Source: an uncultured Sulfurimonas sp.
Lineage (GTDB): Bacteria > Campylobacterota > Campylobacteria > Campylobacterales > Sulfurimonadaceae
DNA length: 48,195 bases
Assembly (NCBI GenBank): GCA_964461645.1
Contig: CAYWVG010000001.1
Span: forward strand, 1 to 48,195
Direction of reading: 5' to 3'
The notes under the pieces were generated by a model. It saw nothing but the letters and a program-made list of their open reading frames with translations. It ran no database searches and was not told where the DNA came from. Shown piece after piece: positions 29,199 through 38,564 of the stretch. Position 1 is the stretch's first letter. Every line of letters begins with the position of its first letter. The translations under genes and the position numbers were made by a program.

Positions 29199-30371
29199 AT
29201 GAATATACATGAATATCAAGCAAAACAAATTTTTGCTAAATATGGGGTTGCTACGCCTCGTGGTATTATCGCAAACACACCAGAACAAGCTGCTCGTAAC
29301 GCAGAAGAGCTTGGTGGTGAGATATGGGTAGTAAAAGCTCAGATTCATGCTGGTGGCCGTGGTTTAGGTGGGGGAGTTAAACTTGCAAGAAGCAAAGATG
29401 AAGTAAAACAGCTTGCAAATGAGATATTGGGGATGACTCTTGTTACTCACCAAACAGGACCAGAGGGTAAACTTGTTCAAAAAGTATATATAGAAGAGGG
29501 CGCTGATATTGTTGATGAGCTGTATTTAGGGATTGTTCTTGATCGTGCTAAAGAGATGCCCGTTATCATGGCTTCAACAGAGGGCGGTATGGAGATTGAA
29601 AAAGTAGCTGAGGATTCTCCTGAGAAGATTATCAAAGTAGCGGTAGATCCTGCTATTGGTTTTCAAGGATTTCATGGACGAGAATTAGTCTTTGGCTTAG
29701 GCATTACTGATAAAAAAGAACAAGCAAAGTTTATAAAACTTGCATCTGCGCTCTATACTCTTTATCTAGAGAATGATGCAGAAATGATAGAAATAAATCC
29801 TCTAATTAAGACAGCAACTGGTGACTTTTTAGCACTTGATGGAAAGATGAGTTTTGATGACTCAGCTCTTGGTCGTCACCAAGACATAGAAGATATGAGA
29901 GATATTAGTGAAGAAGATGCAGATGAAAGAGAAGCATCCCAATATGGTCTTTCTTATGTTTCACTTGATGGAGAAATCGGTTGTATGGTTAATGGTGCCG
30001 GTCTTGCTATGGGGACTATGGATACAATCAACTACATGGGTGGAACTCCTGCTAACTTTTTAGATGTTGGTGGCAGCGCTAATGCTCAAACTGTTGCTAA
30101 AGGGTTTGAGATTATTCTTAAAAACCCAAAAGTTAAAGCTATATTTGTAAATATTTTTGGTGGAATTGTTCGTTGTGATCGCATTGCAAACGGTATTTTA
30201 GAAGCTACAAAACTTACTGATGTAAATGTTCCAGTAATTGTTCGCCTTGATGGTACTAATGCTATTGAAGCTGCAGAGATTCTAAAGGCTGCAAATATTT
30301 CCAATATCATCGTAGCCAGTGATTTAGGTGATGGTGCTGCCAAAGCAGTTGCCGCTGCAAAACAAGCATAG
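29199..30371 (+). CDS. sucC: succinyl-CoA synthetase beta subunit
   Basis: MNIHEYQAK, KAQIHAGGRG, NGAGLAM, ANFLDVGG, NIFGGIVRCD. Confidence 0.97.
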   Translation: MNIHEYQAKQIFAKYGVATPRGIIANTPEQAARNAEELGGEIWVVKAQIHAGGRGLGGGVKLARSKDEVKQLANEILGMTLVTHQTGPEGKLVQKVYIEEGADIVDELYLGIVLDRAKEMPVIMASTEGGMEIEKVAEDSPEKIIKVAVDPAIGFQGFHGRELVFGLGITDKKEQAKFIKLASALYTLYLENDAEMIEINPLIKTATGDFLALDGKMSFDDSALGRHQDIEDMRDISEEDADEREASQYGLSYVSLDGEIGCMVNGAGLAMGTMDTINYMGGTPANFLDVGGSANAQTVAKGFEIILKNPKVKAIFVNIFGGIVRCDRIANGILEATKLTDVNVPVIVRLDGTNAIEAAEILKAANISNIIVASDLGDGAAKAVAAAKQA

Positions 30372-30386
30372 CAGGGAGGATAGTAT

Positions 30387-31259
30387 ATGTCAATTTTAGT
30401 AAATAAAGATACAAAGATAATAGTTCAAGGTTTCACTGGTAAAGAGGGAACTTTTCATGCACAGCAGTGTATTGATTATGGTTCAAAAATTGTAGGTGGC
30501 GTTACACCAAATAAAGGTGGACAAGAGCATTTAGGTAAGCCAGTTTTTAATACTGTTGCAGAAGCAATAGAATCAACTGGAGCTACAGTTTCTATGATAT
30601 TTGTTCCACCTGTATTTGTTGCAGATGCTGTTATGGAAGCTGCTGAGGCTGGAATTAAACTTGCTGTTATCATTACAGAAGGTGCACCAGTTCGTGATAT
30701 GCAAAAAGCGAAGGCTTATGCAATTAAGCATGGTATGATGACAATAGGGCCAAACTGCCCTGGTATTATCACGGCTGAGGAGTGTAAGATTGGGATTATG
30801 CCTGGCATGATTTTCAAAAAAGGAAGCATAGGACTAATCTCAAAGTCTGGAACTCTAACATACGAGGGAGCTAACCAAGTTTGTAATGAAGGTTTTGGAA
30901 TTTCAACTGCTGTTGGTATTGGTGGGGATCCTATTATTGGACTTTCGTATAAAGACCTGCTTCCTATGTTTGAAGCAGATCCAGAAACTGAAGCAATTGT
31001 AATGATTGGAGAAATTGGTGGAGACTTGGAGATACAAGCTGCAGCATATATCAAAGAGCATATAACCAAGCCTGTAGTTGCTTTTATAGCTGGGCAAACT
31101 GCACCTGCTGGAAAAAGAATGGGTCATGCTGGTGCTATTATAAGCGGTGGTGCTGGTACTGCAAAAGAAAAGATGGAAGCACTCGAAGCTGCTGGCGTTA
31201 GAGTAGTTGTTTCACCTGCAGAAATCGGAAAAGCAGTTGCAGAGGTTTTATCTAAATAA
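30387..31259 (+). CDS. sucD: succinyl-CoA synthetase alpha subunit
   Basis: [31 protein letters not shown] phospho-His loop. Confidence 0.97.
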   Translation: MSILVNKDTKIIVQGFTGKEGTFHAQQCIDYGSKIVGGVTPNKGGQEHLGKPVFNTVAEAIESTGATVSMIFVPPVFVADAVMEAAEAGIKLAVIITEGAPVRDMQKAKAYAIKHGMMTIGPNCPGIITAEECKIGIMPGMIFKKGSIGLISKSGTLTYEGANQVCNEGFGISTAVGIGGDPIIGLSYKDLLPMFEADPETEAIVMIGEIGGDLEIQAAAYIKEHITKPVVAFIAGQTAPAGKRMGHAGAIISGGAGTAKEKMEALEAAGVRVVVSPAEIGKAVAEVLSK

Positions 31260-31405
31260 CTTTAACTTTGTATTAGCTTTATTGTGTAATAAAAAGTTAT
31301 ATTTTTTAAATACTATGAACATAATTTAGTTTAAAGTTATCAAAACTTAGATAATCTATAAAGAGCAATGTGTAGCTAAAGTTACACTAAAAATGAGGAG
31401 AATAA

Positions 31406-31756
31406 ATGGGAACTTTTAAGACAAAAAACCCAGGTAACCAACCAGTATGGGTAAATACGAGTAACTGTAAAGCATGCGATATTTGTGTATCTGTTTGTCC
31501 AACAGGCGTACTTGGAATGAAATATGAATCTACTTCTACACTAGGTGCTATGATTTCTGTTAATAATCCAGAATCTTGTATTGGATGTGTTGAGTGTGAG
31601 CTTAGCTGTCCTGACTTTGCTATATATGTAGCAGACAGACAAGAGTATAAAGCGGCTGGGTTTAGTTTTGCTAAGATAACTGATGAAGCTAAAGAGCGTC
31701 AAGCTGCTATTGTCGCGAACAATTATATGTCACTTAGTGAACAAGGAGTTAAATAA
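31406..31756 (+). CDS. oorD: 2-oxoglutarate:acceptor oxidoreductase delta (ferredoxin) subunit
   Basis: CKACDICVSVCP and CIGCVECELSCPDFAI 4Fe-4S motifs. Confidence 0.93.
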   Translation: MGTFKTKNPGNQPVWVNTSNCKACDICVSVCPTGVLGMKYESTSTLGAMISVNNPESCIGCVECELSCPDFAIYVADRQEYKAAGFSFAKITDEAKERQAAIVANNYMSLSEQGVK

Positions 31757-32889
31757 TGGCTACTAGAGAAGTAATATCTACAGGAAATGAGTTAGCTGCA
31801 TTGGCAGCTGTTGATGCAGGTTGTATGTTTTTTGGTGGTTATCCTTTAACACCTTCAAGTGAAGTAATGCATGTCATCTCTGACCTTTTACCAAAAAAAG
31901 GTGGGGTGGCCATCCAAATGGAAGATGAAATAGGTGGTATTTGTGCAGTAATTGGCGCAGCCATGGTTGGTCAACGTGCATTAACAGCGACTTCAGGTCC
32001 AGGTATGAGTCTTAAAGCTGAACAATTGGGTCTTGCTCAAATGACAGAAGTACCTTTAGTTTGTGTAAATGTTATGCGTGGTGGTCCATCAACTGGTCTT
32101 CCAACTCGTGTATCTCAAGGTGACATACTTCAAGCGAAAAACCCATCACATGGTGACTATAAGTCAATCACATTGTGTGCAGGTTCACTAGCAGAGTGCT
32201 ATACTGAAGTTGTAAGAGCTTTTAATTTAGCAGATAGATTTATGCAACCAGTTATTGTTTTACTAGATGAGACTATTGGCCATATGCATGGAAAAGCTGA
32301 TATTCCAACTGCTGAAGATGTTGAAGCTGGGATTGTTCCTAGAAAAAGGTTTGATGGTCCAGCAGAAGAGTACTTCCCATATGGTGTAGGTTTTGACGAA
32401 CCAGCAGTTCTTAATCCTATGTATGAAGGTTATAGATATCATTTTACTGGTCTTCACCATGATAAAAATGGTTTTCCAACTGAAGAGATTGAAACTTGTA
32501 GAAAACTAATACAAAGATTAGAAGATAAAGTTGCACTACATGAAGATGAAGTGGAGTCTTTCGAAGAGTTTATGATGGATGATGCTGAAGTTATGATTGT
32601 TGCTTATGGTTCTGTATCACTTGCGGCTAAAGAGTCAATTAGACACCTGAGAAAAGAAGGAATAAAAGCTGGTTTATTTAGACCAATTACAATTTGGCCT
32701 TCACCTGCTAAAAAAATCAAAGAGCATACTGACAAAATTAAAAAGGTTTTAGTTGTTGAGTTAAATATTGGTCAGTACCATAGTGAGATTCAAAGAGCAG
32801 CTGCAAGACTTGATATTGAGGGGCTATTTAAAGTTAATGGTAGACCAATATCTCCACATGAAATTGTTAGCAAAGTAAAGGAGTTATAA
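31756..32889 (+). CDS. oorA: 2-oxoglutarate:acceptor oxidoreductase alpha subunit
   Basis: GGYPLTPSSE, QMEDE, TSGPG, RGGPSTGLPT. Confidence 0.95.
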   Translation: MATREVISTGNELAALAAVDAGCMFFGGYPLTPSSEVMHVISDLLPKKGGVAIQMEDEIGGICAVIGAAMVGQRALTATSGPGMSLKAEQLGLAQMTEVPLVCVNVMRGGPSTGLPTRVSQGDILQAKNPSHGDYKSITLCAGSLAECYTEVVRAFNLADRFMQPVIVLLDETIGHMHGKADIPTAEDVEAGIVPRKRFDGPAEEYFPYGVGFDEPAVLNPMYEGYRYHFTGLHHDKNGFPTEEIETCRKLIQRLEDKVALHEDEVESFEEFMMDDAEVMIVAYGSVSLAAKESIRHLRKEGIKAGLFRPITIWPSPAKKIKEHTDKIKKVLVVELNIGQYHSEIQRAAARLDIEGLFKVNGRPISPHEIVSKVKEL

Positions 32890-32890
32890 A

Positions 32891-33748
32891 ATGGCGTTTA
32901 ATTATGATAAATATTTAAGACTTGAGAAGATGCCAACATTATGGTGTTGGGGTTGTGGAGATGGCGTTATCCTTAAGGCATTCGTTAGAGCGATAGAAAA
33001 AATGGGTGTGTCTCAAGATGATGTATGTGTTGTGTCAGGGATAGGGTGCTCTGGAAGATTTTCTTCTTATGTTGATTTTAACACAGTTCATACAACCCAC
33101 GGTAGAACTATTGCTTATGCAACTGGTATAAAACTTGCACGTCCTGATAAAATGGTTGTTTGTGTTGCTGGTGATGGTGACGCACTTGCTATTGGTGGTA
33201 ATCATACTATTCATGGCTGTAGAAGAAATATTGACTTAACTATGATTATTATTAACAACTTTATTTATGGACTTACTAACTCACAAACTTCTCCAACTAC
33301 ACCAAAAGGTATGTGGACAGTTTCTCAAAAAGCTGGTAATATCGATCCAACTTTTGATACTTGTAAACTTGCAATCGCCGCTGGAGCTTCGTTTGTTGCT
33401 CGTGAAAGCATGCTAGATCCTAAAAAACTTGAAAAATCAATGATTAAAGCGATGCAGCACAAGGGCTTTTCAATGATGGAAGTACTTTCTAACTGTCATA
33501 TTAACCTTGGTAGAAAAAATAAAATGGTCTCGGCTATGGAAAATCTTGAATGGATTGATAGTATTACTACTCCTAAGAAAAAATATGATGCAATGACTCC
33601 AGAAGAGAGGTTAAATCTTCTTCCTACTGGAATTTTACATGAAGATACAGAAGCTGATGAGTACTGCGATATGTACGCTGAGATTCAAAAAGTGCATCAG
33701 GGTGTGAGAAAAGTAATCACTCAAGATGACTTCGCTAAAAAAATATAA
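32891..33748 (+). CDS. oorB: 2-oxoglutarate:acceptor oxidoreductase beta subunit
   Basis: WCWGCGDG, SGIGCS, GDGD TPP-binding motif, YGLTNSQTSPT. Confidence 0.95.
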   Translation: MAFNYDKYLRLEKMPTLWCWGCGDGVILKAFVRAIEKMGVSQDDVCVVSGIGCSGRFSSYVDFNTVHTTHGRTIAYATGIKLARPDKMVVCVAGDGDALAIGGNHTIHGCRRNIDLTMIIINNFIYGLTNSQTSPTTPKGMWTVSQKAGNIDPTFDTCKLAIAAGASFVARESMLDPKKLEKSMIKAMQHKGFSMMEVLSNCHINLGRKNKMVSAMENLEWIDSITTPKKKYDAMTPEERLNLLPTGILHEDTEADEYCDMYAEIQKVHQGVRKVITQDDFAKKI

Positions 33749-33758
33749 GGAGAACACA

Positions 33759-34316
33759 ATGAGTAAAACATTAATGAGATTTACAGGTGTTGGTGGACAA
33801 GGTGTTCTTCTTGCTGGTGAAATTTTTGCTGCTGCAAAAATTAAAACTGGTGGTCATGGATTAAAAACTGCAACATATACATCGCAAGTTCGTGGTGGAC
33901 CTACTGTTGTTGATATCCAACTTGATGATGAAGAAATTTACTATCCATATGCAAATGATGGAGAGATAGGCTTTATGTTATCGGTTGCACAAAAGAGCTA
34001 TATTCTTTTTAAAGATGGTGTTGAGCTAGGTGGAACAATAGTAATTGACCCAAATCTTGTTTATCCAACTGATGAAGATAGAAAAAAATGGAAAATTTAT
34101 GAAATTCCAATTATTACTATTGCTAAAGAAGAAGTAGGTAATGTTATTACCCAATCTGTTGTAGCACTAGCAATTGCAAATACTATGACAAACGCTCTTG
34201 ATAAAGATGTACTTATAGAGACGATGCTATCAAAAGTTCCAGCAAAAGTTCATGATGTAAATAAAAAAGCATATGAGCTTGGTGAAAAGTATGCTAGAGA
34301 GGCTATGAGCAAATAG
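33759..34316 (+). CDS. oorC: 2-oxoglutarate:acceptor oxidoreductase gamma subunit
   Basis: RFTGVGGQG, YTSQVRGG; ATG 33759 follows AAGGAG. Confidence 0.95.
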   Translation: MSKTLMRFTGVGGQGVLLAGEIFAAAKIKTGGHGLKTATYTSQVRGGPTVVDIQLDDEEIYYPYANDGEIGFMLSVAQKSYILFKDGVELGGTIVIDPNLVYPTDEDRKKWKIYEIPIITIAKEEVGNVITQSVVALAIANTMTNALDKDVLIETMLSKVPAKVHDVNKKAYELGEKYAREAMSK

Positions 34317-34364
34317 TAGTTTTAATATGATATTTCAACTTGGTTGAAATATCTAGTTCATTGT

Positions 34365-34402
34365 AAAAAAGATAACTCTAGAAGTAGGGTTGTCTTTTTT
34401 TT
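34365..34402. terminator. bidirectional intrinsic terminator after oorC
   Basis: AAAAAA-GATAACTCTA-GAAG-TAGGGTTGTC-TTTTTTTT. Confidence 0.75.
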
Positions 34403-34442
34403 AACTACCATTCTAATACTATATAGTATTAGAATGGTAGTT
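34403..34442. repeat. perfect 40-bp palindrome
   Basis: AACTACCATTCTAATACTAT followed directly by ATAGTATTAGAATGGTAGTT, with no spacer. Confidence 0.9.
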
Positions 34443-34520
34443 TCTTTAAGCTATAAATCTAATATTAATAAATATTAGATTTACGATTTTAAAAAATCTC
34501 TTCATTGATATTATAAAGTA

Positions 34521-35138
34521 TCATATCTTTATACTTTCCCAAAAAAACTCAACATGCTTTTCAAATTGGGTTGATAATAGATTAGCAGAGTTGTTATCAA
34601 ATCTCATTAACGTAACCTGGAGTCTTATATAGAATAGGGTGGATAAAAACTCATAAGATATCATCATAGGATCTTGAGAGCGAATAAGTGAATTTTGCAT
34701 CATAACAAAGAAAGCTTCTGAGAGCATCTTGATATTTTTATCATGAAATTCGCTCATAAACTGCTCTCTAAGCTCTTTGTTTTGAAATAACTCAATCATG
34801 AGTAGCCTGAACATGTTTTCGTTGTTTTTATCAAAGGTTAGTAGCTTGTACTGCATCACAAAGTTTTGTAAAAAAACCTTACCTTTTAAGGCTGACTCTT
34901 TTATATCTAGCTCTTCTTTTGTAAAAGGGGAGCTAAATATACCTTTGGCTACCTCGAGAAAAATTTCCTCTTTATTTTTATAGTGATTATAAATTGCACT
35001 CTCTCTAATACCAACTTCTTTGGCTATTTTTCTCACACTTGTAGCTCTATATCCTGATTCTGAGAATAGGGTAGTTGATACTTTAAGTATCTTGTCTTTA
35101 GTGGAATTCTTCTTAATAACTGTCGTATTATTGGGCAT
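34521..35138 (-). CDS. TetR/AcrR family transcriptional regulator
   Basis: TKDKIL...LFSESGYRATSVRKIAKEVGIRESAIYNHYKNKEEIF HTH; RBS GAAAGG. Confidence 0.94.
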   Translation of the reverse strand: MPNNTTVIKKNSTKDKILKVSTTLFSESGYRATSVRKIAKEVGIRESAIYNHYKNKEEIFLEVAKGIFSSPFTKEELDIKESALKGKVFLQNFVMQYKLLTFDKNNENMFRLLMIELFQNKELREQFMSEFHDKNIKMLSEAFFVMMQNSLIRSQDPMMISYEFLSTLFYIRLQVTLMRFDNNSANLLSTQFEKHVEFFWESIKI

Positions 35139-35160
35139 TTATAGACCTTTCTTGTATTTA

Positions 35161-35272
35161 ATGAACGAGTGTTAACGTAACTGAAATTATATATGAACAC
35201 TCGTTAATATTAGCTTATAGATAAAAGAACAGTTGTTCATGTATTAAATGAGCATAGTGAACACTTGTTCTT
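35161..35272. promoter_or_regulatory. four 16-bp palindromic operator-like boxes at a 32-bp period
   Basis: ATGAACGAGTGTTAAC (35161), ATGAACACTCGTTAAT (35193), AAGAACAGTTGTTCAT (35225), GTGAACACTTGTTCTT (35257). Confidence 0.8.
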
Positions 35273-35317
35273 ATGATATAAAAACTGATTTAAAGGAAGT
35301 TTTTTGTAGTATTTCAC

Positions 35318-35802
35318 AGGTACAGCAGATAGTGACTTGTATACTAGATATGCAAGAGGAAAGTCCGAGCTGCTATAAGACAGTGTTCCATTTAACTAAT
35401 GGCCGTAGTAATACGAGGGAAAGTGCAACAGAGAGTAGACAGCTTATATTATTTTGTCGTATATCTGAACATAGTCCAGATATACTTTCGCTAGCCGCTA
35501 TGGCACTAAAGCATAAAAGTGCTTTGTGCATTTTCGCTGGTTGTCAATACTATGTTTATATTATTGACCATACAGCGCTTTAGCTGCTTTATAGTGAATA
35601 GGGCGAAACAATATAAGTTACGGTGAAAGGGCGGTGTAAGAGACCACCAGTCTTTATGGCGACATAGAGAGCTTGTAAACCCAACATGGCAGCAAGAAAC
35701 AGATGGTCAGCGTCTTATATTGCTACTGTTTCGCTAGAAGTGCTATGTAAATAGCAAAGTAGATTAATGCTATCAAAACAAAACTCGGCTTATGCTGTAC
35801 CT
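35318..35802 (+). ncRNA. rnpB: RNase P RNA, bacterial type A, with expanded P12
   Basis: P1 AGGTACAGCA/TGCTGTACCT; GAGGAAAGTCC (35356-35366); AGTGCAACAGAGAG; GGTGAAA; GTAAACCC; ACAAAACTCGGCTTA (35778-35792). Confidence 0.96.
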
Positions 35803-35937
35803 AATACCTTTAAATCTAAGCATATTAAGCAATATCAATATTCAAGAGAATTTACATTATGTTAACCAATACATAAATTAGAGGTATACAACTACTTTAT
35901 GTATATGCAATTACCTATATGCTAAACAGGAAAAAAT

Positions 35938-36150
35938 ATGGATGAAAGAAAACAACAACTAATAACAGATATACAGAACCTTTTAAATTCTTACGATGCA
36001 GACAAAACAACTTCCATCAACCATAGTCTATTGGAATTTATGGATGAAAACACTCTTATAAGTATTATTGATTCTCTTTTAACACAAAAAGAAAGTCATG
36101 CACTAGCTGATGCGCAATGGCTTGAGAAGTTTAAAAAATATGATAATTAG
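35938..36150 (+). CDS. small hypothetical protein (70 aa)
   Basis: AGGA RBS, protein-like composition, fills the gap between rnpB and the response regulator. Confidence 0.7.
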   Translation: MDERKQQLITDIQNLLNSYDADKTTSINHSLLEFMDENTLISIIDSLLTQKESHALADAQWLEKFKKYDN

Positions 36151-36331
36151 TTTATAAAACATTTAACACAAATTAATTAATTAAATATTTTAAAACATTT
36201 TACTAGCCCTCTTCTCTCGTGGCTTTATAGGCTTTAGCATCTTTTTATGTTTTTTTAAATGTCAATTGTTCTTCATTTGTTACTAAAAAGTATGTATAAT
36301 ATTATCAATTTTAAACAATAAGGGACACAAT

Positions 36332-36877
36332 ATGGCAAATATTGACTTAGTTCAGTTAACTGGGCAGACAAAAAAGCTCACAGCAATGATAGTTGAAGAT
36401 GAAAAAGTAACAAATGAGTTACTAAGTTCTACTTTTAAAAATTTCTTTTCTGATGTATATTCTTGCTTTGATGGAGAAGAAGCGCTAAAAACATACAACA
36501 AATTAAAACCGGATGTTGTTTTTGTAGATATAGTAATGGCTGGAATGGATGGTATCGAACTCTCAAGAAAAATCCGTCAAATCAACTCTACTCAAATCAT
36601 TATAGTAATCTCAGCAAGCAATGATATAGAGAAAATCTCTGAATCTATAGAAGTTGGAGTAAATAGTTTTATCCAAAAACCAATAGATACTAAAAAAATT
36701 ATCGAGCTTTTAACTAGCGTTGTTGCTATGATTACTAAAAAAAGAAAGATCGAAACTAAAACATTCTCTATCTCTCTTCCACTAGATCTTTACGACCTAG
36801 TAAATGATAATGCAAAAGCAGAAAGTATCTCTAAAAATGCTGTTATCATTAGAGCTTTAAGAGGGTTTTACGAGTAA
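36332..36877 (+). CDS. response regulator: receiver domain plus predicted ribbon-helix-helix C-terminus
   Basis: IVEDE, FVDIVMAGMDG (phospho-Asp), ISA, IQKP; tail TFSISLPLDLYDLVNDNAKAESISKNAVIIRAL. Confidence 0.88.
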   Translation: MANIDLVQLTGQTKKLTAMIVEDEKVTNELLSSTFKNFFSDVYSCFDGEEALKTYNKLKPDVVFVDIVMAGMDGIELSRKIRQINSTQIIIVISASNDIEKISESIEVGVNSFIQKPIDTKKIIELLTSVVAMITKKRKIETKTFSISLPLDLYDLVNDNAKAESISKNAVIIRALRGFYE

Positions 36878-36904
36878 AAGATATCTTTTTCATCGAGCCG
36901 ATTA

Positions 36905-36940
36905 AGTTTAAGGTTTTTTTAACGAATCACTCTATATAAT
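36905..36940 (+). promoter_or_regulatory. sigma70-type promoter of tRNA-Glu
   Basis: TATAAT (36935-36940) preceded by TTTAAG and a T-tract, as in Campylobacterota housekeeping promoters. Confidence 0.55.
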
Positions 36941-36972
36941 TTCGGCTCGGTTTTAAAATCGTCTCTAAAAGT

Positions 36973-37047
36973 GGCCCCATCGTCTAGCGGTTAGGATCCA
37001 TGGTTTTCATCCATGTTACAGGAGTTCAATTCTCCTTGGGGTCACCA
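36973..37047 (+). tRNA. tRNA-Glu(TTC)
   Basis: GGCCCCA/TGGGGTC acceptor stem, CATGG-TTTTCAT-CCATG anticodon arm, AGGAG-TTCAATT-CTCCT T-arm, encoded CCA. Confidence 0.96.
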
Positions 37048-37231
37048 CTTTTTCTTCAAACTCCCCTATTTTAAGTACTTTCATAAATTATATTTAAAAT
37101 CTTACTATTTTTGTACATTTTTTTGTTCTACATCTAGGACTCAAATACTGGTAAAATTTATTTGGTTAATATACATCTCACATTAGCGTAAATTGTGCTA
37201 TTATGCACCAATATTTAAAACTAGGAAATTT

Positions 37232-38500
37232 ATGTCATTTAACACACTTGGACTATCAGCTCCACTATTAAAAGCTATTAAGGAGCAAGGTTATACTGAG
37301 CCTACTCCAATTCAAAAACAATCTATCCCCGTAATACTAGATAGAAAAGATATACTCGCTGGAGCACAGACTGGAACAGGTAAAACTGCAGGATTTACTC
37401 TACCGATATTAGAACTTCTAAGCCGTGCAAAGCCAAAAGATAAGCCATATCATGTAAAAGCATTGATACTAACTCCAACAAGAGAGTTAGCTGCGCAAGT
37501 CGCAGAGAGCGTAGCGCTTTATGGAAAGTTTTTACCATTTAAGTCATGTGTAATTTTTGGTGGTGTTAAAATCAACCCACAAATTTCACAACTTCGCAAA
37601 GGTATGGATATTGTCATAGCAACTCCAGGTCGACTTTTAGATCATTTAAGCCAAAAAACTATTGATCTCTCAAAAGTAGACTTTCTTGTCTTAGATGAAG
37701 CGGACAGAATGTTGGATATGGGTTTCATAAACGATATTAGAAAGATTTTAGAAGTTTTACCTAAACAGAGACAAAACCTACTCTTCTCAGCTACTTATTC
37801 AGATGAGATAAAAAAACTCTCAGATAGACTTTTAAACTCTCCAACACTTATAGAAGTTGCACAAAGAAACACTGCATCTGAAATTGTAAAACAAGCTGTT
37901 TATCCAGTAGACAAAGGACGAAAGCGTGAGCTTCTTACGCATCTTATAAAAGAAGGCGACTGGAAGCAAGTTTTAGTTTTTAGCCGAACTAAACACGGTG
38001 CAAACCGTTTAGCTGGTCAGCTAGAATCAGATGGCATCACAGCAGTTGCCATCCATGGAAACAAAAGTCAAAATGCTAGAACAAAAGCCCTCGCTGACTT
38101 TAAAAAAGGTGAAGTAAGAGTTCTTGTTGCTACTGACATCGCAGCCCGTGGAATCGACATAGACCATCTTCCTCATGTAGTAAACTATGAACTTCCAAAT
38201 GTAAGTGAAGACTATGTACACCGTATCGGTAGAACAGGTCGAGCTGGTAACTATGGCGAGGCAATCTCTCTTGTTTGCATCGATGAAGATGAATACTTAG
38301 CAAATATAGAAAAACTTATAAAAAAAGATATCCCAAAAGTTTGGCTAAAAGGCTTTAAGCCAGATCCAACCATAAAAGCAGAACCCATCAACCAAGGTGG
38401 AGGAGGAAGAGGTCGCGGAGGAAATTCTAGAAGCAGGCCTAGTAATAAAGCAGCTCAGAGCAGAACTAAATCAAAAGAAGCTTCAAGTAGAAAAAGATAG
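37232..38500 (+). CDS. rhlE: DEAD-box RNA helicase, RhlE-like
   Basis: Q motif, [33 protein letters not shown], basic Gly-rich tail. ATG 37232 follows AGGA. Confidence 0.9.
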   Translation: MSFNTLGLSAPLLKAIKEQGYTEPTPIQKQSIPVILDRKDILAGAQTGTGKTAGFTLPILELLSRAKPKDKPYHVKALILTPTRELAAQVAESVALYGKFLPFKSCVIFGGVKINPQISQLRKGMDIVIATPGRLLDHLSQKTIDLSKVDFLVLDEADRMLDMGFINDIRKILEVLPKQRQNLLFSATYSDEIKKLSDRLLNSPTLIEVAQRNTASEIVKQAVYPVDKGRKRELLTHLIKEGDWKQVLVFSRTKHGANRLAGQLESDGITAVAIHGNKSQNARTKALADFKKGEVRVLVATDIAARGIDIDHLPHVVNYELPNVSEDYVHRIGRTGRAGNYGEAISLVCIDEDEYLANIEKLIKKDIPKVWLKGFKPDPTIKAEPINQGGGGRGRGGNSRSRPSNKAAQSRTKSKEASSRKR

Positions 38501-38564
38501 ATTAACAAATTAGCCTTTAACCTAAGATTTGTTAATATCATAAAAATTATTTTTAGGAAATTTC

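Noticed and set aside
33726-33758. Upstream starts in the ORF track for oorC (also secA 15219, rhlE 37193, fumC 11801)
   Set aside because: Downstream ATGs have better RBS placement and family-typical N-termini.
35161-35272. Possible mini-CRISPR array (four repeats, constant period)
   Set aside because: Repeats and spacers are only 16 bp, the repeats are degenerate palindromes, and no cas genes are present; operators explain it better.
35248-35583. 111-aa ORF in the track
   Set aside because: It overlaps the RNase P RNA and operator box 4, has no RBS and no recognisable protein motif.
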